Virus record (IMG/VR): IMGVR_UViG_3300032330_001609
Coordinates: 5,975 to 69,974 of that record
Strand: one strand, 5' to 3'
Source of the DNA: a virus
Taxonomy: Duplodnaviria; Heunggongvirae; Uroviricota; Caudoviricetes
DNA: 64,000 nt
Shown: positions 1 to 10,400 of the stretch, one piece after another
Numbering within the stretch: position 1 is the stretch's first letter
Layout: each line of letters opens with the position of its first letter
Translations under genes and position numbers: made by a program
Notes under the pieces: generated by a model
Databases searched by the model: none
What the model was told of the DNA's origin: nothing
The model's input: the letters and a program-made list of their open reading frames with translations, nothing else

Positions 1-618
1 AGATAAACGTTGTCTTAATTCTCCGTGTTCTTTTTTTGCTTTAGGTAATTTACCAAATTCTTTGGCTCTCTCAACAGCGTTTTCCACACCCATTTTTTTA
101 AGTGTTTTTACCGTATTTTTGAAATCCATATCTTTTGTTTCTTCATATCCAAATGCTTCGGAATAATCAACCTCATTAATCACCTCATCACTTCCTTCTT
201 TACCCTCACCATAATAAACTCTATAACCTCTCATAACCGGGTCATTTGTTGTTCTTGACATCTGAACTGTCTGGTCCATAGTTTTTCTTGGTGTAAGAGC
301 GTGATTCAAATTAGGGATTTTTGAACTTAACATTGTTCCATCATCATCAACCAATTCTTCAATCTCTCCGGATGTTTTAGTTTTTTCTAAACGTTTTTTA
401 ATATCACCTTTACTAAGTTTTTTCTTTGATTTAAGAATACTGTTAATCATTGATTTAACATTTTTTGAATTTTTTTTATCAAAATCCATTCGGTCATCAT
501 TTTTCCTAGATTCGGTCAAAGTATCAGCAGTTGAATAATATAAAGAGATTTTATCTCCTCTATCCTTCAAAAAAAAGTAATGTCCGTTACTAAAGTACTC
601 TGTATTAAAATTTATCAT
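1..618 (-). CDS. Hypothetical phage protein, runs off the left edge of the window (MINFNTEYFSNGHYFFLKDRGDKISLYYS...)
   Basis: Hand translation: ATG at 618, open to position 1 (206 codons, no stop). Preceded by a TATTTATA motif on the minus strand. Absent from the ORF track because it is truncated. Confidence 0.85.
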   Translation of the reverse strand, partial: MINFNTEYFSNGHYFFLKDRGDKISLYYSTADTLTESRKNDDRMDFDKKNSKNVKSMINSILKSKKKLSKGDIKKRLEKTKTSGEIEELVDDDGTMLSSKIPNLNHALTPRKTMDQTVQMSRTTNDPVMRGYRVYYGEGKEGSDEVINEVDYSEAFGYEETKDMDFKNTVKTLKKMGVENAVERAKEFGKLPKAKKEHGELRQRLS

Positions 619-630
619 AGTGTTTTTTCA

Positions 631-659
631 TATAAATACTTCGTTTTAGAGTATTTATC
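631..659. promoter_or_regulatory. Back-to-back TATTTAT(A/C) putative late promoters (minus 631-638, plus 652-659)
   Basis: The same motif recurs just upstream of many genes on both strands. Confidence 0.65.
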
Positions 660-669
660 ATAAAAAAGG

Positions 670-3552
670 ATGGCAGGTCAAAATATAAATCAATATGTTA
701 AACCAAATTGGTCTCTAAAACTTAATTTAGAGTCCAACGATATGTCTTTGACATCAGACGAACGTGACTTCAATCAAGAGGTAGTTTTCTCACCTTATTT
801 GATTGCTCAAACCTATGGTAATAAGTTACCTGTTTATTTTGATATCAATAATGAGGAATCAGTACAACCACTTGACTTAATATATAAGGAGTACAATCCA
901 AACAATATTTTTGTTTCCCAAAATTACTATAACGGTGATAATTTAGATTTGGCGTGTTTTACAGTACAAACATCTTGTGATATTGGTTTGACCGGTACTG
1001 ACAATGGTTTAGTTGAAAATATCAAAGGTGATGAAATATATTTTACAAATGGATTTTTTGATGAGAGTTTGAAATTTGAAAGGTTATACTTTGATAGAAG
1101 ATTAAAAATGTTTCAAGTTACCGGATATACGGATTCTCCTAATGTTAGATTTTCAGGTTTTGATAAAACCGTTTTATATGAAGTTGTTAGTAAGGAAGAT
1201 AGCGTAGGTAAATACCACGAATTATATGGTGGATTCTATCAAGGGTTCTACAAACTTTTTGGATATGATTATGAAATCTTACCTGAGAGAATGAATAAGG
1301 GTTGGACGGTTGAAATGTTATTAAAACCAAGGTTGATTAATGAGTATACACCTTCATCCGGTGAAACAACATTAAATGAACTTTATCCTGAGAATAAAAA
1401 TATGTTCTTTTACTTTGGTACAAGAGCTGAAAATAAATATTATCACCACGCAGATGGAACACCAAATTGTTTTGTTAGTGGATACACTAGAGTTACCACA
1501 CCATTAGCGGGTTGTTTACAAACTTGTGCTTGTTGTAATTCGGGGGTGACAAACAGTAGATGTATCTATGTATACCCACCAAGGTCAGTTGATAATCTTC
1601 ACGACCCACACGCAAATTATGGATGTGATAAATGTAAAGGTGAACCGGACGCAAAAATTAGTTGTGGATGTAGTTGTTATGACCCCCATTGTACAACGTG
1701 TGGTTGGGAATGTCAAACACATACTTGTGAATTATTAATTACATTACCGGAATTACCACAAATTGATATTGTTGGGGATATTTTATCAACAACAGTTAAT
1801 TTTGATTTATGTGAGGTAGAACCATTAACTCCGGTATGTACACCAACTTGTACGACTTGTGATAGTTGTGATACTTGTTATGATACAACAGGATACACTT
1901 CAATAGAAAATACCTGTGAGAGTAATCCTTTATTTGATGCTATGGATAACGGATTAGGGTTTAGACTTTGTGGTGAACCTGAGAATCCTCAAATTGGTGT
2001 TAAAGTTTTACGATTCACCGGTGATTGTGTTACAACAGGTAGTTGTTCCACTTCCGGAATTACATATACAACAGGTTATACTGTTGATGAATATTGTACA
2101 CCACCGATTTATCCATTTTGTTTAGAACAAAACCCGGATTGGTTATTAGAAGAACATTGGTTCCAAGTAAATTTTGTTTGGGAGAGATATACGTGGTTAG
2201 ATAATTGTGATTTATGGTATCGTGGTGGATTAGGGGATATTACCGAAGAGAAATATCTTGAGTCATTAGCGAACAATACTATGGCACTAATTACAGTACC
2301 ATATACACATCAATTATGTAATATTGACCCGGAAAAAATCAAATGGGTTAGTTTGAATGAGAAATGGTTATTAGACCAACATTATAGAAATGGTAGATTG
2401 AAGATTTACGTAAACGGTAAATTATTTTACACAATTGAAGACTTCAAAGAGATTATTCCAAGAGCGTTAACAACAGACAAAGAAAAACAAGTCGGGGTAC
2501 CTTATAACATCTCTTGGGGTGGTGGAACACAAGGATTACGTGAGAATTTAATTTTATCAGGATGTACATTAGGTGAACCACCATATATTCAAGACCCGGA
2601 AAGTTTCCCAACAAATGATTTTGTTGGAACATCATTAGAAGGTTCAAAAACAAATATTGTATTAGAACAAACATTTGCCGGTACTTTTGAAGGTGGTATT
2701 TCTCAATTCAGAATGTATATGGAACCATTGTCGGCTCCGGAAGTTAAACATAATTTTAATTTGTTGAAAGACCAATTCAATATGTTTAACCCTGATTGCC
2801 CAAATTGTGATACTCAAGTTTGTGTTGAGGGTGATATTAATTATGAGATAATTCAAAACACACCACCAAATATTTGTTTCTCTTACGATTTAATATTACC
2901 TGAAGTTTTAGGTAGGGTTTATATTCCTGATGTTAGAGACAATAATCACTTAATTGCCAACGCATTTCCTAAACAAGTAACGTCAATAACTTCAAAGTAT
3001 TGGGAAGATAATGTGTGGTGGGGAAATCAAGGTAGTACACCTCAGTGTGTGGGATATGCTTGGGCTCATTGGATTGCCGACGGCCCAATTACTCATACAG
3101 GGGTACAACCTCCGGTAAATCCAACAACAATTTATAAAGAAGCTCAAAAGGTTGATGAATGGACGGGAGAAAATTACGATGGAACATCTGTAAGGGGTGC
3201 TGCTAAGTATTTAAGAAGTTCAGGTAAAATATCTTCTTATTTATGGGCGTTTGATGTTAATACGTTAATTAATACAGTATTAAATGTTGGGCCGGTTGTG
3301 GTTGGAACAAATTGGTATAACGGAATGTTTTATCCTGATAAAACAGGTTTGATTAGAATAACAGGTAGACTAGCCGGTGGTCACGCATATGTGATTAATG
3401 GTGTTGACACAAAAACTCAACGTTTTAGAATTAAAAATAGTTGGGGTAAAACTTGGGGTCAATCAGGTCACGCTTACATTTCATACACAGATATGACAAG
3501 ATTAATACGTGAGAACGGAGAGATTTGTTTGGCAATAGAAAATAGATTTTAA
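670..3552 (+). CDS. Cys-rich LamG/ConA-like putative virion protein with C-terminal papain-like (C1A) cysteine peptidase
   Basis: C-terminus: NQGSTPQC (Gln/Cys), GGHAY (His), IKNSWG (Asn). LamG-like strands WTVEMLL, LKIYVNG, FEGGISQFRMY..PLS..EV. Many CxxC/CxC clusters. Confidence 0.8.
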   Translation: MAGQNINQYVKPNWSLKLNLESNDMSLTSDERDFNQEVVFSPYLIAQTYGNKLPVYFDINNEESVQPLDLIYKEYNPNNIFVSQNYYNGDNLDLACFTVQTSCDIGLTGTDNGLVENIKGDEIYFTNGFFDESLKFERLYFDRRLKMFQVTGYTDSPNVRFSGFDKTVLYEVVSKEDSVGKYHELYGGFYQGFYKLFGYDYEILPERMNKGWTVEMLLKPRLINEYTPSSGETTLNELYPENKNMFFYFGTRAENKYYHHADGTPNCFVSGYTRVTTPLAGCLQTCACCNSGVTNSRCIYVYPPRSVDNLHDPHANYGCDKCKGEPDAKISCGCSCYDPHCTTCGWECQTHTCELLITLPELPQIDIVGDILSTTVNFDLCEVEPLTPVCTPTCTTCDSCDTCYDTTGYTSIENTCESNPLFDAMDNGLGFRLCGEPENPQIGVKVLRFTGDCVTTGSCSTSGITYTTGYTVDEYCTPPIYPFCLEQNPDWLLEEHWFQVNFVWERYTWLDNCDLWYRGGLGDITEEKYLESLANNTMALITVPYTHQLCNIDPEKIKWVSLNEKWLLDQHYRNGRLKIYVNGKLFYTIEDFKEIIPRALTTDKEKQVGVPYNISWGGGTQGLRENLILSGCTLGEPPYIQDPESFPTNDFVGTSLEGSKTNIVLEQTFAGTFEGGISQFRMYMEPLSAPEVKHNFNLLKDQFNMFNPDCPNCDTQVCVEGDINYEIIQNTPPNICFSYDLILPEVLGRVYIPDVRDNNHLIANAFPKQVTSITSKYWEDNVWWGNQGSTPQCVGYAWAHWIADGPITHTGVQPPVNPTTIYKEAQKVDEWTGENYDGTSVRGAAKYLRSSGKISSYLWAFDVNTLINTVLNVGPVVVGTNWYNGMFYPDKTGLIRITGRLAGGHAYVINGVDTKTQRFRIKNSWGKTWGQSGHAYISYTDMTRLIRENGEICLAIENRF

Positions 3553-3554
3553 TT

Positions 3555-5783
3555 ATGACTGATTTACAATTTACACCTAATGGTACATATAATGGATATA
3601 CTCAGTGGGAGGCAACTGATGGTATTGACACGTATTCTATTGTTTGGAATTTAGAAGGGTATTGGGAAATGTTAGGATGGTCTGTTGGTGATTTAAGAAG
3701 TTATTCATCACCAAATATTACACCATTAGATGGGTGGAGATTATACAATACAACAACAACAGGTATTTTCAATGTTTTTGAAGGTTATTGTATTCCTCTA
3801 ACCCCAACACCTACACCAACAAATACAGTAACTCCTACTGTAACACCAACTTCAACATTAAATATATGTGGTAATCAAGATAGTTTAGTTGACCCAATTA
3901 TTACAGAAAATGAAGAATATATTATAGTTGGTAACTGTGAATATTTAATGTTTATATATTCTGAACCGAGTCCAACACCAACAAATACTGTAACATCAAC
4001 TCCAACTATTACACCTACTCAAACACCGACTATTACACCTACTCAAACACCAACAATTACACCTGTATCTTGTACAGGAATACCGTATAATTTATCAACA
4101 ATATTTGATATTCCAATATCCGGAGATATTCTGTTCGCCAATTTAGGTGTTGGTGAAGCGAGTAATAATCCTGATGGTATTAATGAATATGGTGGTGTTT
4201 ATTTTAATGTTATTGATTTTAACGGAACTGACCAAACAAGTTATTTTAGTAATTTAATTGGTAATAACTTTTTATTAACGTTATGTCAAAATAATGTTAC
4301 AGCAACATATAGTGGTTCATCTGATTCATTTCAATTTTTAGATACAGCGTATTATTGTAGTACAGACACAGGTGCTAATTTTATTGAAACTATATCGGCA
4401 AACACTTTGTTTAATTTTGGTGAGATAGTATATATTGATTATTCTGTGGTTGCACCATCTACACCAACTCCTACACCGACAGTAACTGAAACACCTACAA
4501 ATACTCCAACAATAAGTGTAACACCAACAATTACACCAACAATAACTGAAACACCTACAAATACTCCGACAATAAGTGTAACACCAACAATTACACCAAC
4601 AATAACTTGTTCGAGACCGGAAGGGTTGTCTTCTTTTTCATTAGTATATGTTTGTAATAGTGTGGTTATTACAGGTTCGTTAATTGATGCTTGTAATTCA
4701 TTTAATTGTGCGGTACCTGGAAGCTATTCGGTAGAGGCGGTTTCGTTGAATGTTGGAGAAATCGTATATCTATTTAGTGGTGTCACTAGTTGCGAAACAA
4801 TACCAACAGGTTATTATACATATAATAATGATACTGTCATCTATATTGTTAATGGTGTTGTGGATAGTTATCCTATTTGCCCAAGTCCAACACCGACACC
4901 AACTAATACCGTAACTCCAACTGTAACACCAAGTTTTGGTATAAATTGTAGATGTGTTGAAGTGGTTATTAGTCAATTAGATATTGATTCCGCGACAGGT
5001 AATACAAGTAACCCATCATTAAACGGTGTTGTAAGATTTATGAACTCAGTAGGTGGTTCAAATTGTAGTGGTGGTACTATTTTTGACGAGTATAGTACAC
5101 CCGGAACATATTACTACTGTATGAATACGTTAGTAGGTATAACAAATTTATATTATTATGAAAACAATTCACTACGCTCTTACCCATCAATTAGTAGTAC
5201 ATATACGATATTACGTGATTCTATGTGTATTGATAGTCCAACTTGTTTACCGGCAACACCAACACCAACAATAAGTCAAACACCAACAATGACACCTACA
5301 CCTACAACACCATTGACTTGTGATACTTTTACTTTTAATGGTATTAACGCAAACACAACTATAAATTCTGCGATAAACACAGGAGGTGGTGGTTGGGATT
5401 CATCAGCATATTCGACAGAATCATATACAACACCTGTTACATTGACTTTCCAAACCACAGCTAATGGTAACTATTTAATGGGTGGATTCTCTTATAATCC
5501 AACTAGTAACCCTACAACTTATTTGAATACCACATACGGACTTTACATACAACCTAATTTCTTAGAGATATATGAAAATGGTGGACAAGTAACAGTTCCG
5601 GGTTCAATGACTAATTTATCAACTGATGTTTGGAAGGTAATTTATAATGGAACAAATGTTACATATTATAAAAATGATGTATTAATTTACACTTCATCAA
5701 ATCCGGTTACACAACCATTACACATTTTCTTTCCACTTTTAACACAAAATGAGGGAGTAACTAATGTTTGTGTTATTGGTTAG
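3555..5783 (+). CDS. Thr-Pro repeat multidomain putative virion fibre/decoration protein
   Basis: Five TPTPT linkers separate small beta-rich or Cys-containing domains; C-terminal jelly-roll-like domain. Confidence 0.7.
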   Translation: MTDLQFTPNGTYNGYTQWEATDGIDTYSIVWNLEGYWEMLGWSVGDLRSYSSPNITPLDGWRLYNTTTTGIFNVFEGYCIPLTPTPTPTNTVTPTVTPTSTLNICGNQDSLVDPIITENEEYIIVGNCEYLMFIYSEPSPTPTNTVTSTPTITPTQTPTITPTQTPTITPVSCTGIPYNLSTIFDIPISGDILFANLGVGEASNNPDGINEYGGVYFNVIDFNGTDQTSYFSNLIGNNFLLTLCQNNVTATYSGSSDSFQFLDTAYYCSTDTGANFIETISANTLFNFGEIVYIDYSVVAPSTPTPTPTVTETPTNTPTISVTPTITPTITETPTNTPTISVTPTITPTITCSRPEGLSSFSLVYVCNSVVITGSLIDACNSFNCAVPGSYSVEAVSLNVGEIVYLFSGVTSCETIPTGYYTYNNDTVIYIVNGVVDSYPICPSPTPTPTNTVTPTVTPSFGINCRCVEVVISQLDIDSATGNTSNPSLNGVVRFMNSVGGSNCSGGTIFDEYSTPGTYYYCMNTLVGITNLYYYENNSLRSYPSISSTYTILRDSMCIDSPTCLPATPTPTISQTPTMTPTPTTPLTCDTFTFNGINANTTINSAINTGGGGWDSSAYSTESYTTPVTLTFQTTANGNYLMGGFSYNPTSNPTTYLNTTYGLYIQPNFLEIYENGGQVTVPGSMTNLSTDVWKVIYNGTNVTYYKNDVLIYTSSNPVTQPLHIFFPLLTQNEGVTNVCVIG
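4483..4607 (+). repeat. 60-bp tandem duplication (2 copies, 1 mismatch) encoding TETPTNTPTISVTPTITPTI
   Basis: 4483-4542 is repeated from 4543 onward. Confidence 0.9.
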
Positions 5784-5834
5784 TAACTCTAAATAATAAT
5801 AAAATAAAAACTATTTATATAAAAAACAAAAATT

Positions 5835-6410
5835 ATGTTAACAGGAAAAACAATAGGTGAATTACCATTATTAACGGTAGTGAATGATGATGTTAAAGTA
5901 CCGGTAGAGGCAAGCGGTTCAACATATCACATACCTTTTTCAGATATTATACATAGACCTTTTGCGTCATATTACGATACAACAACACAATCTTTATCAG
6001 GGGTTAATACTCCAACAGTAATATCTTTTAATACTATTGTTATTGAAAGTGGTATTACTTTATCTGACTCAACAAAAATTATTGTTTCAACACCGGGTGT
6101 TTATAGTGTTGGGATATCTATGCAGTTCGATAAATCATCTTCATTATCGTTAGAACCAATATTTATTTGGACAAGAGTTAATGGTGATGATGTACCGGAT
6201 AGTTCAGGGGAAATTAGATTATTAAATAACAATTCAGAGGCGTTACCGTATATTCCTTATATCTATGAATTAAATGCTAACGATTATATTGAATTTATTT
6301 TTGCATCATCCGATGATTCTGTGAATTTATCGTATATATCATCATCGGACTCACCATATGTGAGACCGGGTGCACCATCAATTACTTTAGAAATAAAACA
6401 AATATCGTAA
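5835..6410 (+). CDS. C1q/BclA-C-like (TNF-fold) trimerisation-domain virion protein
   Basis: FASYYDTTTQ...ISFNT...GITL...IIVSTPGVYSV...LNANDYIE pattern; short N-terminal K.I.ELP fibre-anchor-like motif. Confidence 0.6.
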   Translation: MLTGKTIGELPLLTVVNDDVKVPVEASGSTYHIPFSDIIHRPFASYYDTTTQSLSGVNTPTVISFNTIVIESGITLSDSTKIIVSTPGVYSVGISMQFDKSSSLSLEPIFIWTRVNGDDVPDSSGEIRLLNNNSEALPYIPYIYELNANDYIEFIFASSDDSVNLSYISSSDSPYVRPGAPSITLEIKQIS

Positions 6411-6416
6411 CATTAA

Positions 6417-7442
6417 ATGTCCCAATCAATAATAATTGAAAGTATAAATTTTGATGGAGAATTTGCAACCATTATATTAACCCCTTATAATAATGATAAT
6501 GTGGTTAACATTGGTTTGCAACAATTACCATATACTTTTAATCCAAGTTTAATCAATCCGTTACTTGAAATTTACGGGACATACACATTAGTAATAAATG
6601 AAAATGGTAAGGATTGTACTTATTTCTTAAATGTGATTAAGGAAACTCCTACTCCAACACCAACTATAACCCCAACTAAAACACCAACTCAAACACCTAC
6701 AGTTACTCCAACAGTTACACCAACTTACGACCCTTGTCCACAACCATCACAAACACCTTCACCAACAGAGACACCTACAAGTACACCAACTCCAACTGTA
6801 ACACCAACGGTTACTAAAACACCTTGTTTTGTCCCAAGTGCAACACCGACTAAAACACCAACACCTACACCAACTCCGATGTATTTTGCGTACTTATTTA
6901 TTGAACCAACAACCGGTTCAACTGATATAGGTCAATGGATGTTTGATAGTGGTTCTAATTTCTTTGGATTTACAAATAATAGTCAGCCAGCCCAAGACCA
7001 AACTCAATTTAATATTGATATGAATACGTATGTTGACTTTAGTGGTTGGACTAGTGGATTATTCCCAACAATTATTCAACAATCAGTACCACAACAAAGT
7101 GGTGGATTTGATACGTTTGGTAACCCAATTGTTAGATATAATTTCTTAACAACTGAGGTTCTTGAGAATACTGTTCCGGTAAATGCTTGGTATACTTGGA
7201 TAATCCCAATTTCATTAACAAATAATGAAACTCAAACGGCAATTGATGTTAATAGTGACGGTGACCCTAACTCATTAGCAACAGTATTGACTGATAGTAC
7301 AATTAATACTTACACATTTACATACTCAGGTAATACCATTCAACCGGTAACTTATAAAGTTTATACAACTTTCCCGAGTAGAATTTTTGCATTAAACAAT
7401 AATCAAAGTATTTATTTCAGAGGGAACACTGTTTCCCCTTAA
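6417..7442 (+). CDS. Thr-Pro repeat putative virion protein
   Basis: About 80-aa TP-rich linker between two globular domains. Confidence 0.7.
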   Translation: MSQSIIIESINFDGEFATIILTPYNNDNVVNIGLQQLPYTFNPSLINPLLEIYGTYTLVINENGKDCTYFLNVIKETPTPTPTITPTKTPTQTPTVTPTVTPTYDPCPQPSQTPSPTETPTSTPTPTVTPTVTKTPCFVPSATPTKTPTPTPTPMYFAYLFIEPTTGSTDIGQWMFDSGSNFFGFTNNSQPAQDQTQFNIDMNTYVDFSGWTSGLFPTIIQQSVPQQSGGFDTFGNPIVRYNFLTTEVLENTVPVNAWYTWIIPISLTNNETQTAIDVNSDGDPNSLATVLTDSTINTYTFTYSGNTIQPVTYKVYTTFPSRIFALNNNQSIYFRGNTVSP

Positions 7443-7460
7443 TTAATATTTTGATGAAAT

Positions 7461-10400
7461 ATGTCTAATCTAAACTATAAGAATCCTTTATCACCTCTTA
7501 TTGCGAACGGAAGTCAAACTTCTTTACGTACAAGTACTTTTGGAACAACCTTTAGTGTTCTTAACACCGGAGGTTTTATGGAGGTTTATACTCTAAATGA
7601 TTTAATATACTCAATACCGTCAGGTTCTAATGGGGATATTGAATTTTCCGGCAATACAATCCCTGTTCAATTATGGAAAGGAACCGGTAGTTCATTCTCT
7701 TTTGACACATTAACATTAAATTCTGATAATATTTCATCAGGAAGACGCCGTCTTGGTATGTTGGTATATGTTTATGAAACAGACCAAATTTATCAATATT
7801 CAATTGACAATTATAACACATTATGGTCTAATGCTTTAGCATCTTCAGGGCCGGGTGGTAATACAATAGTTATTTCAGATTTTGGAACAACTGTAAAAAA
7901 TAATACTCCGGAAGGTCAAACATTTATTGACACTTGGACAGGTTCAACTATTGAAGGTGTTAATGGTGTTACAAGACCAAATGCAAGATGGAGAAAATAT
8001 TCTTCAGCAACTGACATATATGTTACCGGTGGTACATATTTTTCTGCATCAACAACATTAGATTTATATAGAAATGACGGTGCAACCATATCTATCACAG
8101 GATTTACATCCGGTGGTGGAGGTACCGGTACGTCAGGTACGTCAGGTACTTCGGGTACAAACGGTACTTCAGGAGCTAATGGTACTTCCGGTACTAGTGG
8201 TATGGATGGAACATCAGGAACAAGCGGTGAAAATGGTACTTCAGGGGTTAATGGAACGTCAGGTGAAAGTGGTACTTCAGGGGTTAATGGAACATCAGGT
8301 GAAAGTGGTACTTCAGGTATTAGTGGAACATCAGGTTCAAGTGGTATTGATGGAACTAGTGGAAGTTCAGGTACTAGTGGTATTGATGGAACTAGTGGAA
8401 GTTCAGGTACTAGTGGTAATAACGGTACTTCAGGAATAAATGGAACATCAGGTGAAAGTGGTACTTCAGGTATTAGCGGAACTTCAGGCATTAGCGGAAC
8501 TTCAGGTTCAAGTGGAACTTCAGGTTCTTCAGGAACAAGCGGAACAAATGGTAGAAACGGTACTTCAGGGGTTAGTGGGACATCGGGTTTAAGTGGTACA
8601 TCGGGTTTAAGTGGTACATCAGGTTCAAGTGGTACTTCAGGTTCAAGTGGTGAGAGTGGTACTTCAGGTAATAGTGGAAATGATGGTTCTAATTCAAGTA
8701 GATGGGAATATAATATTAATATAAGTCCTTTTAATGACCCTAGTGGTAAAAGATTTTTGAGTGATTCTTCATTATCCGCAGTAACAAAATTTAGTATTAG
8801 TAAAATTAATATATATAATGTTAATTTTTATCAATGGTTAAACGAATTAAGTACGATATATAGTAATCATAATAGAGTATTTTTTCAAATAACAAAAGTT
8901 GGAGATAATTCAGTAAGTGCAAATTATTACGTTGACAATGTTATTGATAATACAAATTATTTTGATATTTCACTTTCGTATATTGCCGGTACAGGCACAT
9001 TAGTTGATAGAGATGTTTGTACAATTTCTTGGGTTTATAATGGTCTTAATGGAACATCAGGTTTATCAGGAACAAGTGGAACGTCAGGTGCTAATGGTAC
9101 GAGAGGAACTTCAGGTAATAGTGGTACTTCAGGAACAAGCGGATTAAATGGAACTTCAGGTACTAGTGGTACTTCAGGAATTTCGGGTACAAGTGGTACA
9201 AGTGGTGTTAATGGAACTTCAGGTACTTCAGGTACTAGTGGTAATAACGGAACTTCAGGGACTAGCGGGATTAATGGAACTTCAGGTACTGCGGGAACAA
9301 GTGGCACTGCAGGGTCTTCAGGTACAAGTGGTACAAGTGGTGTTAATGGAACATCAGGTACTAGTGGTAATAACGGAACATCAGGAACATCAGGAACATC
9401 AGGTATAAACGGTACATCGGGAACTTCAGGGACTAGCGGTTCAAGTGGAACTTCAGGTTCATCAGGGACTTCGGGAACATCAGGGACTGCAGGTTCTTCA
9501 GGTACTAGTGGTATTAATGGAACATCGGGAACAAGCGGTTCAAGTGGAACATCGGGAACTAGTGGTTCTTCGGGTACAAGTGGAAGTTCAGGAACAACAG
9601 GTACTTCAGGTTCTTCGGGTACTAGCGGTTCATCAGGAACTTCAGGGACAAGCGGAAGTTCAGGAACAAGTGGGACTGCGGGAACAACAGGTTCATCAGG
9701 TACTTCAGGAACGAGTGGGTCTTCAGGAACAAGCGGTCAAAATGGTATATCAGGAGGTCAGAATTTATTCTTCAACCAATCAATTGCTGAAACACCATCA
9801 CCATTTAGACAACTTAATAAATTAACATCAGGAGCTGCTCAACAGACGGTTGTTGTTAATATGACATCTAACCAACAGAATGTTTTAGTTAGTACAGGAT
9901 TTATTACAGCAACAGGAATACCAAATGCCTTGGTTATACCAAATGGTATATGGCATTCATATATTTATTTTACCAAAAATGCAAGTAATAATGATATTGA
10001 TTATTATTTTACTGTATCAAAATATACGACGGGTGGAACAACAACATTGTTGTTTACATCTGACGCTGCTCCTTTAGGTTGGGATACAAATAATACAACA
10101 CCGGTTGAGGTTAAAACAAATGGAGTTGCGACCACTGCGGTATTAGTACCATCAGATAGATTGATTGTTAATTTATATGTGAATAACAAAGATAATCAAT
10201 CTCGTTCTATTACATTCTATACGGAAGGAACACAACATTACTCTTATATTGTAACAACATTAGAGGCAGTTAGTGGAAGTAGTGGTACAAGTGGAACATC
10301 AGGTGCTAACGGAACATCAGGAACTAGTGGGACTGCGGGAACAACAGGTTCTTCCGGAACTAGTGGTACATCAGGTTCTGCAGGAACAAGCGGAACTTCA

